A DNA stretch of 64,000 nucleotides from an uncultured Planctomycetota bacterium (GTDB taxonomy: Bacteria > Planctomycetota > Planctomycetia > Pirellulales > Lacipirellulaceae), in assembly GCA_963719315.1 (NCBI GenBank), contig CAVRBU010000004.1, positions 608,001-672,000 of the forward strand, in the 5' to 3' direction. Below, one piece after another: positions 49,265 through 59,712 of the stretch. Under the pieces are notes generated by a model, which ran no database searches, was not told the DNA's origin, and was given only the letters and a program-made list of their open reading frames with translations. The position numbers were made by a program, and so were the translations under genes. Positions within the stretch are counted from its first letter, which is position 1, and each line of letters begins with the position of its first letter.

Positions 49265-49341
49265 ATCTCGCAGAGGCGCGGACGACGCGGAGAACAGTAA
49301 CAAATTGCGTTCTCATCGAGGTTCCTGCGCCTCTGCGAGAT
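49265..49341. repeat. Intergenic inverted-repeat element
   Basis: atctcgcagaggcgc (49265-49279) and its perfect reverse complement (49327-49341), with internal cgcgga units. Confidence 0.75.
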
Positions 49342-49364
49342 CATTCTTTGTATTCCGGTAATTG

Positions 49365-50513
49365 ATGGCAACCACGACGTATTTGTTGATTGATGCGAGC
49401 GAATCGGTCGTTCGCGACGGTTCGGCAGGTCAGAGCGACGGCAAATGGCATGCACTGTTAAGAACGCGCCGTGGCGGCACATCCGAAGGCGTGCAAGTTG
49501 TCGAACTCGACAACGGCAAGATGTGCATCGACGTGCTGCCCACGCGCGGCATGGGCATCTGGCGCGTGCGACGCGGCGAAAAAATCCTCGGCTGGCAGGC
49601 GCCGGCTCGTCAGCCCGTGCATCCCAATTTCGTTCCGTTGATGGAGCCGACCGGACTCGGTTGGCTCGCGGGTTTCAATGAGCTCTTATGCCGCTGCGGC
49701 CTCGAAAGCAACGGCCCGCCGGAGTTCGACGACGCAGGCCGATTGCTGCGTTCGCTCCACGGCCGCATCGCCAACATACCAGCTCACCGAGTCGAGCTAA
49801 TCGTCGATGATGATGCCGGCCTGCTCACGCTGCGCGGCATCGTCGATGAATCGCGATTCCACTTTCAATCATTGCGGCTAACGACATCCATCACCACCGC
49901 GTTCGGCTCGAATGAATTCACCTGGGCGGACGAAGTCGAAAACAGTGGCGGCCGCGAGGCGATGCTGCAGATGCTTTACCACTTCAACATCGGCCAACCA
50001 CTCTTGCAGCCAGGCGCACGGATCACGGCCCCAGTCGTCGCGGTCGCTCCGTTCACGCAAGTGGCGGCGAAAGAGGGCATTGAAAAGTGGAACATCATGC
50101 CGCCGCCACGCCCCGGATCATCTGAGCAGGTTTTCGCCCTGGACTTGGCCGCAGACGCTGCCGGCGATACGCGGGTTCTTGTCAGCGGCCTCACCGGCGG
50201 CGAAGCCGTCAGCCTCCGCTTTAACAAGCGCGCCCTGCCCTGCTTCAGCGTATGGAGGAACACGCCGGCCGAAGCCGACGGTTATGCGCTTGGCGTCGAA
50301 CCGGGGACAAACTACCCCAACCCGCGAACATTCGAAAACCAGCATGGCCGTGTTGTCCAACTTCAGCCCGGGAAAATCTGGCGCAGCGCGGTTACCGCGA
50401 CGTGGCACGCCGACAAACGATCAATCGGGGAGGAAGAACAGGCGATTCGCTCCATACAGGACAATCAAAAAGCTGAAACCCTAGCTATTCCGCGCGGCGA
50501 GTGGTCGAAATAG
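49365..50513 (+). CDS. Aldose 1-epimerase-like DUF4432 protein
   Basis: LPTRGMGIW, GWLAGFNE...CGL..NG, LHGRIAN, LYHFNIG, GVEPGTNYPN. Confidence 0.85.
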   Translation: MATTTYLLIDASESVVRDGSAGQSDGKWHALLRTRRGGTSEGVQVVELDNGKMCIDVLPTRGMGIWRVRRGEKILGWQAPARQPVHPNFVPLMEPTGLGWLAGFNELLCRCGLESNGPPEFDDAGRLLRSLHGRIANIPAHRVELIVDDDAGLLTLRGIVDESRFHFQSLRLTTSITTAFGSNEFTWADEVENSGGREAMLQMLYHFNIGQPLLQPGARITAPVVAVAPFTQVAAKEGIEKWNIMPPPRPGSSEQVFALDLAADAAGDTRVLVSGLTGGEAVSLRFNKRALPCFSVWRNTPAEADGYALGVEPGTNYPNPRTFENQHGRVVQLQPGKIWRSAVTATWHADKRSIGEEEQAIRSIQDNQKAETLAIPRGEWSK

Positions 50514-50541
50514 CTTTCTGCGACGGTCGAATCGGCGCCGC

Positions 50542-51384
50542 CTATATCACGTGAATATGTAGCAGTGGTTTATAGACGAAGTTTCGTAAGAAACTGCCAA
50601 TGAAGGGTTCTGTTAAGCGATTGGCGGTGCGATTTCTCTGATGGAACTGTCGCAACTCAACATCCAGCTTTTCCCCGTAGGCCGCAAGCTGACGAGGATA
50701 GATCGTTGAAGTGACGAAATCATACACTCGCTGGTCCTCGGCATTTGCCTCTTGCATCCGTTCACGAGACTCGGCCGAATCCAGATAGCTCATATCACTT
50801 TTACTGCGAGCGAAGTCGCGAAGTCGCTGCTTCTCGCCGATGCAATTGAGCGGGCGATAGTCGGCCCGAAACGTCGGCTCGCGCAACCATTGCCGTAGAA
50901 GCAACAGCGATTCATCGAATCGCTCCGTCAAACCGACAAATGCAAACCGCGTGCTGATTAAGTCAATCGCCTTTTAGGCATTCGACTCGCCGGCAATCAT
51001 TTTGGTTTGCCAATTATGGACCCACTTAGCGGACATCCATTCGTTAAAGGCTTCCCGCGTACAGCCGGGCGCCCGATTCAGGAAATGTGAGTGGAATCTG
51101 GCAACCGGATCGCGCAACATCGTAATGAACTGAATCTCCGGGCACTCTGCGTGCAAATCCGCGTAAGGCTTGACATTATGTCCGGAAATTCCGCGGAGAC
51201 TGCGATAGAGTCGCCGTACTCGCCGCAAATCAGCCGCTTCCACAAACGCCCGATGGTCATAGCGATCGTATCGGCGTTTGAAGAGCGGCAATCGGATGTC
51301 ACAGTGGCGTATCCCGAATGAACGCCGCAGGATCGCATTAAGAGTCGTGCCAGCCGTCTTTTCGATATGCACGAACGCGTACAA
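50542..51384 (-). pseudogene. Sulfotransferase family 2 protein interrupted by an in-frame TAA (50974-50976)
   Basis: AGGAGG then TTG start; FVHIEKTAGTT (5'-PSB), LRDPVARFHS (3'-PB), FVGLTERFDESL. The two listed ORFs share one frame across a single stop (NA*KAIDL). Confidence 0.75.
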
Positions 51385-51707
51385 CCAGGACCTCCTTGCG
51401 ATCGAGATTCGCAACGACGGGTTATACTCGTTGTATCGGAAATTCGAGGATGGCGGTGCGCTAAGATTCGATAAAGACTCGATAAACTCTTGCTTAACTT
51501 CTCATGTAAAAAGGCATCCTAATTGCTCCATGCGATGAGTTGGCGTTGGAACTCTCGCTCGCAGAAGATGCGGAAAAGAATCGCAGCTAGCCCAGGAAGG
51601 AGGGAGACGAGCAAGCCGATTGAGCACACAATTGCCGACGCGGACCGAACCGATTGAGTTGTGCGCCAGAGCGTCGCCAGTTGTGCTCGCGACTCGAACG
51701 GTAATCG

Positions 51708-52850
51708 TCAGCCCACGTCGGTCCATTGACCGGTTTTCGCACTGGCCAGCACCGCATCGCAAACCTTTTGGGTTTCTAGCGCTTCGCGGAAAGTGGGCGA
51801 CGTGGGCTTGTTCTTCGCCAGACCTTCGAGGAAATCGGCCACCTGGTGGACGAACGTGTGCTCGTAGCCAATTTGCAGCCCTGGAACCCACCAGTGGCCC
51901 ATGTACGGCATGTCGCCGTCGGTGACATGGATCGACCGCCAGCCGCGAACGATCGATTCATCGCGGTGATCGAAATAGCTGAGGCGATGCAAATCGTGCA
52001 GATCCCAGGCGATCGAAGCGTCGGCGCCATTGATCTCGAACGTGTACAGCGCCTTGTGGCCCCGGGCGTAGCGAGTCGATTCGAAGATCGCGAGCGAGCC
52101 GTTTGCGAAATGGCACAGAAATGCACAGGCATCATCGATCTCGACCGGCTCGACCTTGCCCGACTCGGTATGCTTGCGCTCCTTGATGAACGTCTTGGTC
52201 ATCGCCGTGACATTCTTGATCGGCCCGTTCAGCCATAACGCCGTATCGATGCAGTGAGCCAGCAAGTCGCCGGTGACACCGCTGCCGGCCGCCTTGGCGT
52301 CGATTCGCCACAGTCCCGCCCCGCCTTGCGGCAGATCCTCTGAAATCGTCCAATCCTGCAAAAAATTTGATCGGTAGTGGAAGATGCGCCCGAGCCGTCC
52401 TTCGTCGATGAGCTGTTTGGCCAGCGTGACGGCCGGCACGCGGCGGTAATTGTACCAGACGATGTTCCGCACCCCGGCGCCTTCCACGGCATCGACCATT
52501 TCCTGCCCTTCCGCCGCGTTCATCGCCAGTGGCTTCTCGCAGAGAATCATCTTGCCGGCTTGGGCTGCGGCAATGGCGATATCGTGGTGCAGGTTGTTGG
52601 GCACGCAAATATCGATCGCGTCGATGTCCACTCGTTCGACCACTTCGCGCCAGTTATTTTCGATCGAGGCGTAACCCCAACGATCGGCGAATTTCTTCGC
52701 CTGAGCCTCATCGCGCCCGCAAACCGCTTCCAGAACCGGCTCGTATTCCAAGTCAAAGAAGTTATTGACGCGCCGATAGGCGTTCGAGTGCGCCCGGCCC
52801 ATGAAGCCGTAACCGATCATGCCGATGCGGAGAGGTTTTCGGTCTGACAT
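51708..52850 (-). CDS. Gfo/Idh/MocA oxidoreductase
   Basis: [25 protein letters not shown]. Confidence 0.92.
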   Translation of the reverse strand: MSDRKPLRIGMIGYGFMGRAHSNAYRRVNNFFDLEYEPVLEAVCGRDEAQAKKFADRWGYASIENNWREVVERVDIDAIDICVPNNLHHDIAIAAAQAGKMILCEKPLAMNAAEGQEMVDAVEGAGVRNIVWYNYRRVPAVTLAKQLIDEGRLGRIFHYRSNFLQDWTISEDLPQGGAGLWRIDAKAAGSGVTGDLLAHCIDTALWLNGPIKNVTAMTKTFIKERKHTESGKVEPVEIDDACAFLCHFANGSLAIFESTRYARGHKALYTFEINGADASIAWDLHDLHRLSYFDHRDESIVRGWRSIHVTDGDMPYMGHWWVPGLQIGYEHTFVHQVADFLEGLAKNKPTSPTFREALETQKVCDAVLASAKTGQWTDVG

Positions 52851-52874
52851 CACTTCACTCAGAAAAAGAAAATT

Positions 52875-52946
52875 CACCACGGAGCCACAGAGAGCACAGA
52901 GAAGCACTCTTTATGTCTTCTTCTCCGTGGTCTTTGTGTCTTGTGG
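52875..52946. repeat. Intergenic inverted array of 8-10 nt units
   Basis: cacggagc cacagagag cacagaga ... tctccgtg gtctttgtg tcttgtg. Confidence 0.65.
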
Positions 52947-53990
52947 CTATTCGTTCCAACCGTGCGCGTCCCGAACGGCGACCATCATCGCCAGGATGTC
53001 GTTCCACGTGTGCGGATTCATCAATGTTTCGTTCGGGAACATGCAGCCATCCCAACAAATGTGTTTGAAGCGCTTGCTTGGCTTGCCGCCTTCGTCGCGA
53101 AGCCAGTAGCCGGCGTATTTCACAACATCCAGCTTGCCGTCCGGCGCGTTCGGCAGACAGTGCCGGCCGGTTTTATCGTGTGAGCCCGAGCCGAATACCT
53201 CGCCATTATTTTGCGCAACGTGGAAGTCAATCGTCCACGGGCGCAGCGCGTCGGTCAACCGTTTGTAACCGGCCTCGAACGCGGCCTGGTCCTCCCAGCG
53301 GAAATCGGCCGGCACCAGACGGTCTTCCGGCGCGTTGTGCCCCATCATGAACAGCAGCGTGTGGGCCATGTCGGCCTGGAAGCCAAGTGTTTCCGGCCGA
53401 TTGACGGCTTCCAGTAACTCGACCATGTGCCGAGCGCTGTGCATGCCGCCCCAGCAGATTTCGCCTTCCGCCGCCAGCCGCTCGCCGAACTCTTCTGCAA
53501 TGTCGCACGCCTTGCGAAACGTGTCGGCGATACGTTGCGTATTAGCCTTCGGATTCGCGGCCCATTCGGAAGGCGAACAAGCCGAGTCGATCCGCACGAC
53601 GCCATACGGGCGAATGCCGATTTGCCGCAACGTGCGGGCGATACGGCAACCCTTGCGAACCTGCGTGAGGAATTGTTCGCTGGCCGCGTCGTCGCCCATC
53701 GCCGAGCCGCCGCCCGTCGGCGGCCAAACCGGCGCGACGACCGAGCCGACGACTAATCCGTGCCCGCGAACTTTCTTCGCCAGCTCCTCCAGTTGCTTAT
53801 CCGTGGAATCGATGCTGACGTGCGGATCGAACAGAAACAAATCGACGCCATCGAACCGCTGGCCTTTCACCTCGGCTGCCGCCGTGAATTCGAGCATCGT
53901 ATCGAGCTCAATCGGCGGCTCACTGCCCTCGCCTTTGCCGACCACGCCAGGCCAGGCGGCGTTGTGCAATTTCGGAAAACTATTTGTCAT
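52947..53990 (-). CDS. Sugar-phosphate isomerase/epimerase (xylose isomerase-like TIM barrel)
   Basis: [32 protein letters not shown]. Confidence 0.85.
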   Translation of the reverse strand: MTNSFPKLHNAAWPGVVGKGEGSEPPIELDTMLEFTAAAEVKGQRFDGVDLFLFDPHVSIDSTDKQLEELAKKVRGHGLVVGSVVAPVWPPTGGGSAMGDDAASEQFLTQVRKGCRIARTLRQIGIRPYGVVRIDSACSPSEWAANPKANTQRIADTFRKACDIAEEFGERLAAEGEICWGGMHSARHMVELLEAVNRPETLGFQADMAHTLLFMMGHNAPEDRLVPADFRWEDQAAFEAGYKRLTDALRPWTIDFHVAQNNGEVFGSGSHDKTGRHCLPNAPDGKLDVVKYAGYWLRDEGGKPSKRFKHICWDGCMFPNETLMNPHTWNDILAMMVAVRDAHGWNE

Positions 53991-54817
53991 CGCGAAGTCC
54001 TATTGCGCTGCTGAAACTGTTTGTACCGCGACTCCAACGCATTGGGGGACGGACGATATTTCTTGCAATCGAGGGTCTTACCGGCGATCTTTCCATACTG
54101 ATTGTCATGCGCAAGTTTTGGCGAAATTTCGATCTGCAACCCATCTGGCTTGATCCCAATAAGGTCGAGGTCGAACAACGTGTGAATATCTGCCCTCAAC
54201 AAGAGTCCGTTCGTTGGGTTATTATCGTTTTCGCCGCGATAAGGATTGATGTGTGTAGCTTCCAACACTGCCACAACCTCACAGCCCGTCACCATACATC
54301 GATTACCGTATCGCTTGCGCATGGCGTCACGGAACTGCTGCTGCCCCCGCCGCACTTTGATTTGACGCTCAACGAGGCTTCTCTCGTCGCCATCGTGAGG
54401 AGTGTACTCTGAATCTTCGTACTTTTGCCCTTCATCTGCTTCGTCGTCTGTTAGCCGCACCGGTTCAGGTAATGCGCGTTTTGGAAACGCCGCTTTCCCA
54501 TTGCCGTTCAACCTTATGTATTCACGCACCTTTTCGGCAAAATCGCGAGAGAGCTCGGGTATACGGACCCCGCCGCCACACTCATACGGGCGCAAGCCTT
54601 TAGGACATCTGTCGAAGAGCCAGTCCTCCCATTTCTTTCGCCAAAAAGGACTGTTGGGAGTTCGTTCATCCTCCGGGAAGATGTTTCGAAATTCATCGCC
54701 AGAAAGTGGATTGCCACGTTCGATTGCTTTCGCAACTTCCTGAAAGAGTGCATCACCGTGGTACAAGCCCTTGTAAGGACCCGACGCGAGCACTTTACGG
54801 CGCTTTTCTTTCAACAT
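53987..54817 (-). CDS. HNH endonuclease with an unrecognised N-terminal domain
   Basis: RRGQQQFRD...RCMVTGC...LEATHINPY...[14 protein letters not shown]; visibly more AT-rich than neighbouring genes. Confidence 0.88.
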   Translation of the reverse strand: MLKEKRRKVLASGPYKGLYHGDALFQEVAKAIERGNPLSGDEFRNIFPEDERTPNSPFWRKKWEDWLFDRCPKGLRPYECGGGVRIPELSRDFAEKVREYIRLNGNGKAAFPKRALPEPVRLTDDEADEGQKYEDSEYTPHDGDERSLVERQIKVRRGQQQFRDAMRKRYGNRCMVTGCEVVAVLEATHINPYRGENDNNPTNGLLLRADIHTLFDLDLIGIKPDGLQIEISPKLAHDNQYGKIAGKTLDCKKYRPSPNALESRYKQFQQRNRTSR

Positions 54818-54870
54818 AAATCCGCACTCAATTAATTATGTTGGCGACTCGGCGCTTGGATAAGCAGTTG

Positions 54871-56128
54871 TTAATTCGTGTCGCCGATCTTGGGCAAGTT
54901 GGCATGCACATCCGGCCCAAAGTAGCGCAGACCCACGAGCGGCTCGCTACCCGTGTTCTCGATCTTAATGCCGCAACGGGCCGCCTCGTACGAGATGAAT
55001 ACTTCATCCTCGGTCCGAGCGCCGAAGCGAATCATGACGGGCGTTTGGATATCGAGTCCGCCGATTCGTCCGCGACCTTGCACCGTGATCCAGCCGCTTG
55101 CGCCAGGATCCTGGAGCGTGCAGCTTGCGCCCGGCTCGAGCGTTAGCTCCTTCGAGCTGAAGAGCTGCTGACCGTCGATCGTGCCGTACACGATCCAGCG
55201 ATCGGTGTAGCCTTTGCCGCTGCGCTCTTTGTCGATGATCGGCTCCAAGTAATTGTGCTCCTTGAAATGTGTATCGACGTTGCGCTCCCAATCGAGCTGG
55301 CCGACAATGAAGTCGAGATCCTGATGCTTGTCGGCCGGCATGTCTTTCACCAAAAGCGACCACGGGACTTCGCGGCCTTCGACGAGCGACTGGAACATGC
55401 CGAACACATCGGAGCCCCATTGCGGTTCGTACGTGCAAAGCGAACCCGGGGCGTGGAGCACGCCGGGCGGGATCAGCCAGCCCGTGCCCCGCTTCAGCCG
55501 ATATGCCCGCGACAGATCGAGGATGCCGTTGTCGCCCTTGCTCCAATCCTCCAGGCACTTGCGAACATCCGCCTTTGTGGTGCCCGGCTCCAGGCCCATG
55601 AACGTGTAGGCGAAGTTGTTGTCCACGTTGTTGAGCTGCGGGGGAAAGTAGTAGCTCTCGGGTTTGCCTTCCTGCCCGACGAGCTTGGCGTCGGCGAAAC
55701 CCTGATGCATATGGTGCGGAATCGGGCCCATGTTGTCGAAAAACTTCGAGTACACGGGCCAACGATCGTATTTCTTGTACATCGCCTCGCCGATCAACTG
55801 CGGCCCAGCCTCCGCCACGGCGTCGCGCAACAAAAACTCTTCACCCTCGAATTCGCAGAAGCTCAGCCCCTCGTGCCACACGCGGCCTTCGTTGGCCGCC
55901 TCGGTGGTGCTGGAAAACCACCGCTCGTCGATGCCGCCACGATGGGCTCCGTACGCGTACCAGTCGTCCGGGTGCAATTTGATCCGCTTACCAGGATGCA
56001 GAAACGACCGCGGGACCCACGTGGGCGTCAGCCGCAAGAGACCATTACCGGCTTCGAGCGCGCGGCCGAGCAGGCCGCCGATGCTATCGCGTTTTGTGAC
56101 ATTCGGGCGCTTGCTTGACGGTTGGCAT
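54871..56128 (-). CDS. Cupin-fold mannose-6-phosphate isomerase-like protein; frameshift near 56107
   Basis: GGIDERW, KFFDNMGPIPHHMH, GKPESYYF, PGVLHAPG, EPQWGSD; ATG 56128 MPTVKQ joins NVTKRDSIGG after a shift. Confidence 0.75.
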
Positions 56129-56220
56129 GACGCTCAAAACTCCCGACAAAAAATGGGTAAACCAGCGTGTACGCCGAGACGATTCTTTAGCGCGGTCGCG
56201 TGTCTTGTGCCACTTCGATC

Positions 56221-58179
56221 TTACTGCGAATTCGACAGCGCACGCGCGCGATCCGCCAACTTACCCTGCGGTGCGGCCCGCAGCGCCTTCTCGCCGGCGG
56301 TTTTGGCGGCCGCGGGATCCTTATCCTTGATCTTCTCGCCAATGAAAATGGCGACCTCGACCGCGCGATCGCGGACCTGCGCGTCGTCTAACAACGAGCT
56401 CGCCAGTTTAACCGATTCGGCGGACGGACATCGCTTCAACGCGTCCAGTGCCAGCGCGCGCTCTTCATCGCGCTCGGCCACCGCCAGCGCCTGGCGACAC
56501 ATCTCCAGCCTCGCCGCGTCGGACATTTTCAGTTGACGCGCAAGGCGGAGATACCCCCGCAGTGCTCGAACTCGGAACTTGTCCGGGGAAGAACTCTTCG
56601 ATATTTCCATCAATACGGGTGCAGCGTCTACCGTCATCCACTCGCCGAGCACGCGAGTTCCGACGTCCTGTAGCTCCGGATCGCCGCTCTTTACGGCCGC
56701 GGCAATCGTTTCCAAAGCCTTAGGTCCACCCATTGCGCCCAGAATTCGCAATAGACTCGCTTTGGTCGCCGTCGATGCGTGTGGCAACGCGGCGGCCAGT
56801 TGTGCCGCCGTTGCCTCACGATTGGGCATGCGGATGCATGCCGTTTGCAGCGCCCGCTCAGCAGACTTCGCATCGGCCCCGCTCGTGTCACTCGTAACTT
56901 GGGAGATAAGCACCGCTAAATCCTTGGGCTTCACGGTGGCGCCCAACGCGGCCAGCGCCGCGTCCCGAGTTGCCTCATCGCCCTGGCCGAGTGCTTTCAC
57001 AAGCGCCGGAACTGCGTCGATCCGCCGCTGCCCGACTAGTTCGATCAACACGGCTAGTGATTTGTCTCTGGCATCCGGCAGTCGACGCGCCAGTTCGGCG
57101 TTCACGTGCTCGCCAGGTAGCCCGGCAAGCGCTGTTTTCGCGGCCTGCGATAATTCGGCATCATCCTCTATGGCTACTTGCAGCAGCGATGGCACGGCTG
57201 AGGCATCGCCTTTTCGGCCGACCACTTGAATGGCGGCCAGACGCACCCGCTTGTCGCCGGTGCTCGCCGCGCGGACCACGGCCGAGGGCAGCCCGGCATC
57301 GCCGCGGTCGCCGAGTGCAATCACCATCAAAGAGGCTCGTTCAGGCGAGGCCCCGGCAAGCTCGGCCGACAATGCTTTAGCAACCTCCGGTCCGCGCAAT
57401 TCGCGAGCGACGGTAAGACCGAGCGCGAACCGCTTCATGTCGGGCGACTTCAATTGCTCGACCAAAAGCGGAATTCCCTGCGTTCCGCGCGCGATGATGG
57501 CGCCGCGCGTCGCCTCGAGCATTCTTTGCTTCGGAACGTTCGCCTGACGAACTTGGTCGTAAATCTCGACTGCTTGCCCGCTCTTGCCATCCGCCAGCAA
57601 TCGCTCAGCGCATAGAATGCATCCTTCCGCTATTGCCGAGCGAACTTCTGGCGCAGCGCTGGCCAACGATTGGCGAAGCGCTTGAATGGCCTTCTCATTG
57701 GCGATGCGGCCCAGCGCCACGGCCGATGCCGATGCGACTTCCGCATCCGCATCCTTTATCCGTCCAACCAAAAGATCGACGGCCCCGCCCGATTTGCGGA
57801 CGCCGATCGAATTGATTGTTCCCACCAGCAGCCGGCCGTGAAGTGTTTTTGCGGCTTCCAGCAAAGCCGCGTCAGCCGCCGGATCGGGAATCGCTTCGAG
57901 CGCGATCCGCGACCACGAGGCGAGCTGCTCGTCGCTCAGCAGCTTTGCCAATTCGGGCACGGCTGCCTTGCTGCCGTGAATTGCCAGTTGCTTGCAGGCG
58001 ATCGCTTTCTCCGCCGGTGCACCTGTTTGCAGCGTTTTGAGCAGTTGTTTCTCAGAGGGCGCCGGCAAATTACCTGCGGCCCACAATAGTTGACCAACAG
58101 TGCAAACAAGAACCGCAAGCAATGCGTTGCGACAAAACGAGAGATGAGGTTTATCCATGATTCGTATCCTGTCAATCAT
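56221..58179 (-). CDS. HEAT/PBS-lyase repeat protein (secreted)
   Basis: Signal peptide; KAIACKQLAIHGS..AVP.L; repeated VR.AA..ALG helices. Confidence 0.85.
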   Translation of the reverse strand: MIDRIRIMDKPHLSFCRNALLAVLVCTVGQLLWAAGNLPAPSEKQLLKTLQTGAPAEKAIACKQLAIHGSKAAVPELAKLLSDEQLASWSRIALEAIPDPAADAALLEAAKTLHGRLLVGTINSIGVRKSGGAVDLLVGRIKDADAEVASASAVALGRIANEKAIQALRQSLASAAPEVRSAIAEGCILCAERLLADGKSGQAVEIYDQVRQANVPKQRMLEATRGAIIARGTQGIPLLVEQLKSPDMKRFALGLTVARELRGPEVAKALSAELAGASPERASLMVIALGDRGDAGLPSAVVRAASTGDKRVRLAAIQVVGRKGDASAVPSLLQVAIEDDAELSQAAKTALAGLPGEHVNAELARRLPDARDKSLAVLIELVGQRRIDAVPALVKALGQGDEATRDAALAALGATVKPKDLAVLISQVTSDTSGADAKSAERALQTACIRMPNREATAAQLAAALPHASTATKASLLRILGAMGGPKALETIAAAVKSGDPELQDVGTRVLGEWMTVDAAPVLMEISKSSSPDKFRVRALRGYLRLARQLKMSDAARLEMCRQALAVAERDEERALALDALKRCPSAESVKLASSLLDDAQVRDRAVEVAIFIGEKIKDKDPAAAKTAGEKALRAAPQGKLADRARALSNSQ

Positions 58180-58223
58180 TTGGGACTGAATGAGATGGCA
58201 AAAGTGGCGGAAACCGGTGGCAC

Positions 58224-59519
58224 CTAAATCCGCCACGGTTCGCGTAACGCCTCCGACCGCAAACGATTCGCCTCGGCGTCGCCGATAAATTCATGCTTGG
58301 TGAGATCCAAGTTGACCTTGCGATTGAGCGCGAGCGCGATGTTTGCCGCGTGACATGCGATATGCGCATTACAAGCCGCCTCCGCGTTGCCTTTGGGCTT
58401 GCCGCGCGTTTTCACGCAATCGAGGAAGTCGCGGACGTGAAAAGTGGCTGGATAGCCGCCGATTTCCGCGACCTTTCGGCCGGCGATAAGCTCCGGCGAG
58501 CTCAACACCAGCTTGCCGCTGTCTCCGGCTTCGACCCATCCCGTTTCGCCTTCGAACCGCACCGGGCACGAGCCCAAGGGGAGCCAACCGGTCTCGCGGA
58601 AAATCAACTTTACGCCATTTGCGTACCGCGCCACCATCTGGCCATTTTCGGGCGGGTTGTATTCAATCGGCGCCGTCCCATCGGCGCCGACCGCCCACTG
58701 GCAAAGATCGACGCAGTGCGATCCCCATTCCAGCACGCCGCCGCCAACCAACCCGCCCCCTTTTTCGAAGTTAAAGCCGTCGAGAAGTTTTGCGTTGTAC
58801 GGACGCCATGCCGCGGGACCAAGGTACATGTCCCAATCGACCACCTCCATGTCCGGCACGGGCTCGGCCGGCAGCCAGCCGCTCATCAGCGCGGTCATGC
58901 CCATCGGGTGGGCATAAACGGTGTGCAGTTTTCCGAGCTTTCCGGTACGCGCCAACTCGCAAGCAAAGGCGAAGTGCGGCAGATTCCGCCGCTGCGTGCC
59001 AACCTGAAAGACAACTCCCGTACGGCGCATGGTCTCGACCAGCGCCAGGCTCTGGGCGATATTCTTCGTGCAGGGCTTCTCGCAATACATGTCCTTACCG
59101 GCCCGTGCGGCGTTCATCGCGGCAGTTGCATGCCAGTTCGGTCCCGTCGCGATCAATACCGCGTCGATGTCGTCGCGGGCGAGCAAGTCGCGAAAGTCGC
59201 GAAACTGCTTGCAGTCTTGGTTCCCGTATTTATCGTCCGCGATTTTCTTGACCGCATCGCGGCGATCCGCTTTCACATCGCACACGGCGACGAATTGAAC
59301 GTCCTTTTGCTCCAGGAAGCAGCCGAGGTCATACGTTCCCCGGTGGCCGATGCCAATTCCTCCGAGCGTAATTCGCTCGCTGGGAGCCACGTGCCCGTCG
59401 AGCCCCAGCGCGGAACTCGGGATCGGGATGCCTCCGAACGCCGATGCGGCGAAGCCGGCGCCAACCGAAGTACGCAAAAACCCCCGCCGCGACAAACCAC
59501 CCGTTCGCCCGATGTTCAT
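58224..59519 (-). CDS. Tat-exported Gfo/Idh/MocA oxidoreductase
   Basis: SRRGFL Tat motif; IGIGHRG, YCEKP, QVGTQRR, EWGSHCVD. Confidence 0.9.
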   Translation of the reverse strand: MNIGRTGGLSRRGFLRTSVGAGFAASAFGGIPIPSSALGLDGHVAPSERITLGGIGIGHRGTYDLGCFLEQKDVQFVAVCDVKADRRDAVKKIADDKYGNQDCKQFRDFRDLLARDDIDAVLIATGPNWHATAAMNAARAGKDMYCEKPCTKNIAQSLALVETMRRTGVVFQVGTQRRNLPHFAFACELARTGKLGKLHTVYAHPMGMTALMSGWLPAEPVPDMEVVDWDMYLGPAAWRPYNAKLLDGFNFEKGGGLVGGGVLEWGSHCVDLCQWAVGADGTAPIEYNPPENGQMVARYANGVKLIFRETGWLPLGSCPVRFEGETGWVEAGDSGKLVLSSPELIAGRKVAEIGGYPATFHVRDFLDCVKTRGKPKGNAEAACNAHIACHAANIALALNRKVNLDLTKHEFIGDAEANRLRSEALREPWRI

Positions 59520-59712
59520 GACGTCCACCTATCAGCGGTTAAGTGAGGATGAGAGTGAGATGCGCTTTCACGCAACTCTAATGCTCTTATATCGCGGCAA
59601 TGATTCGGCCGCAAGTAGCGCATGGCAATGCACTTAAGATAGTCGATGCAGCCTAACGGCGGATTAGTCGGCCCACTTTGCCCGATGTCTTGAATCAGAC
59701 TTCGAGAGCCGG

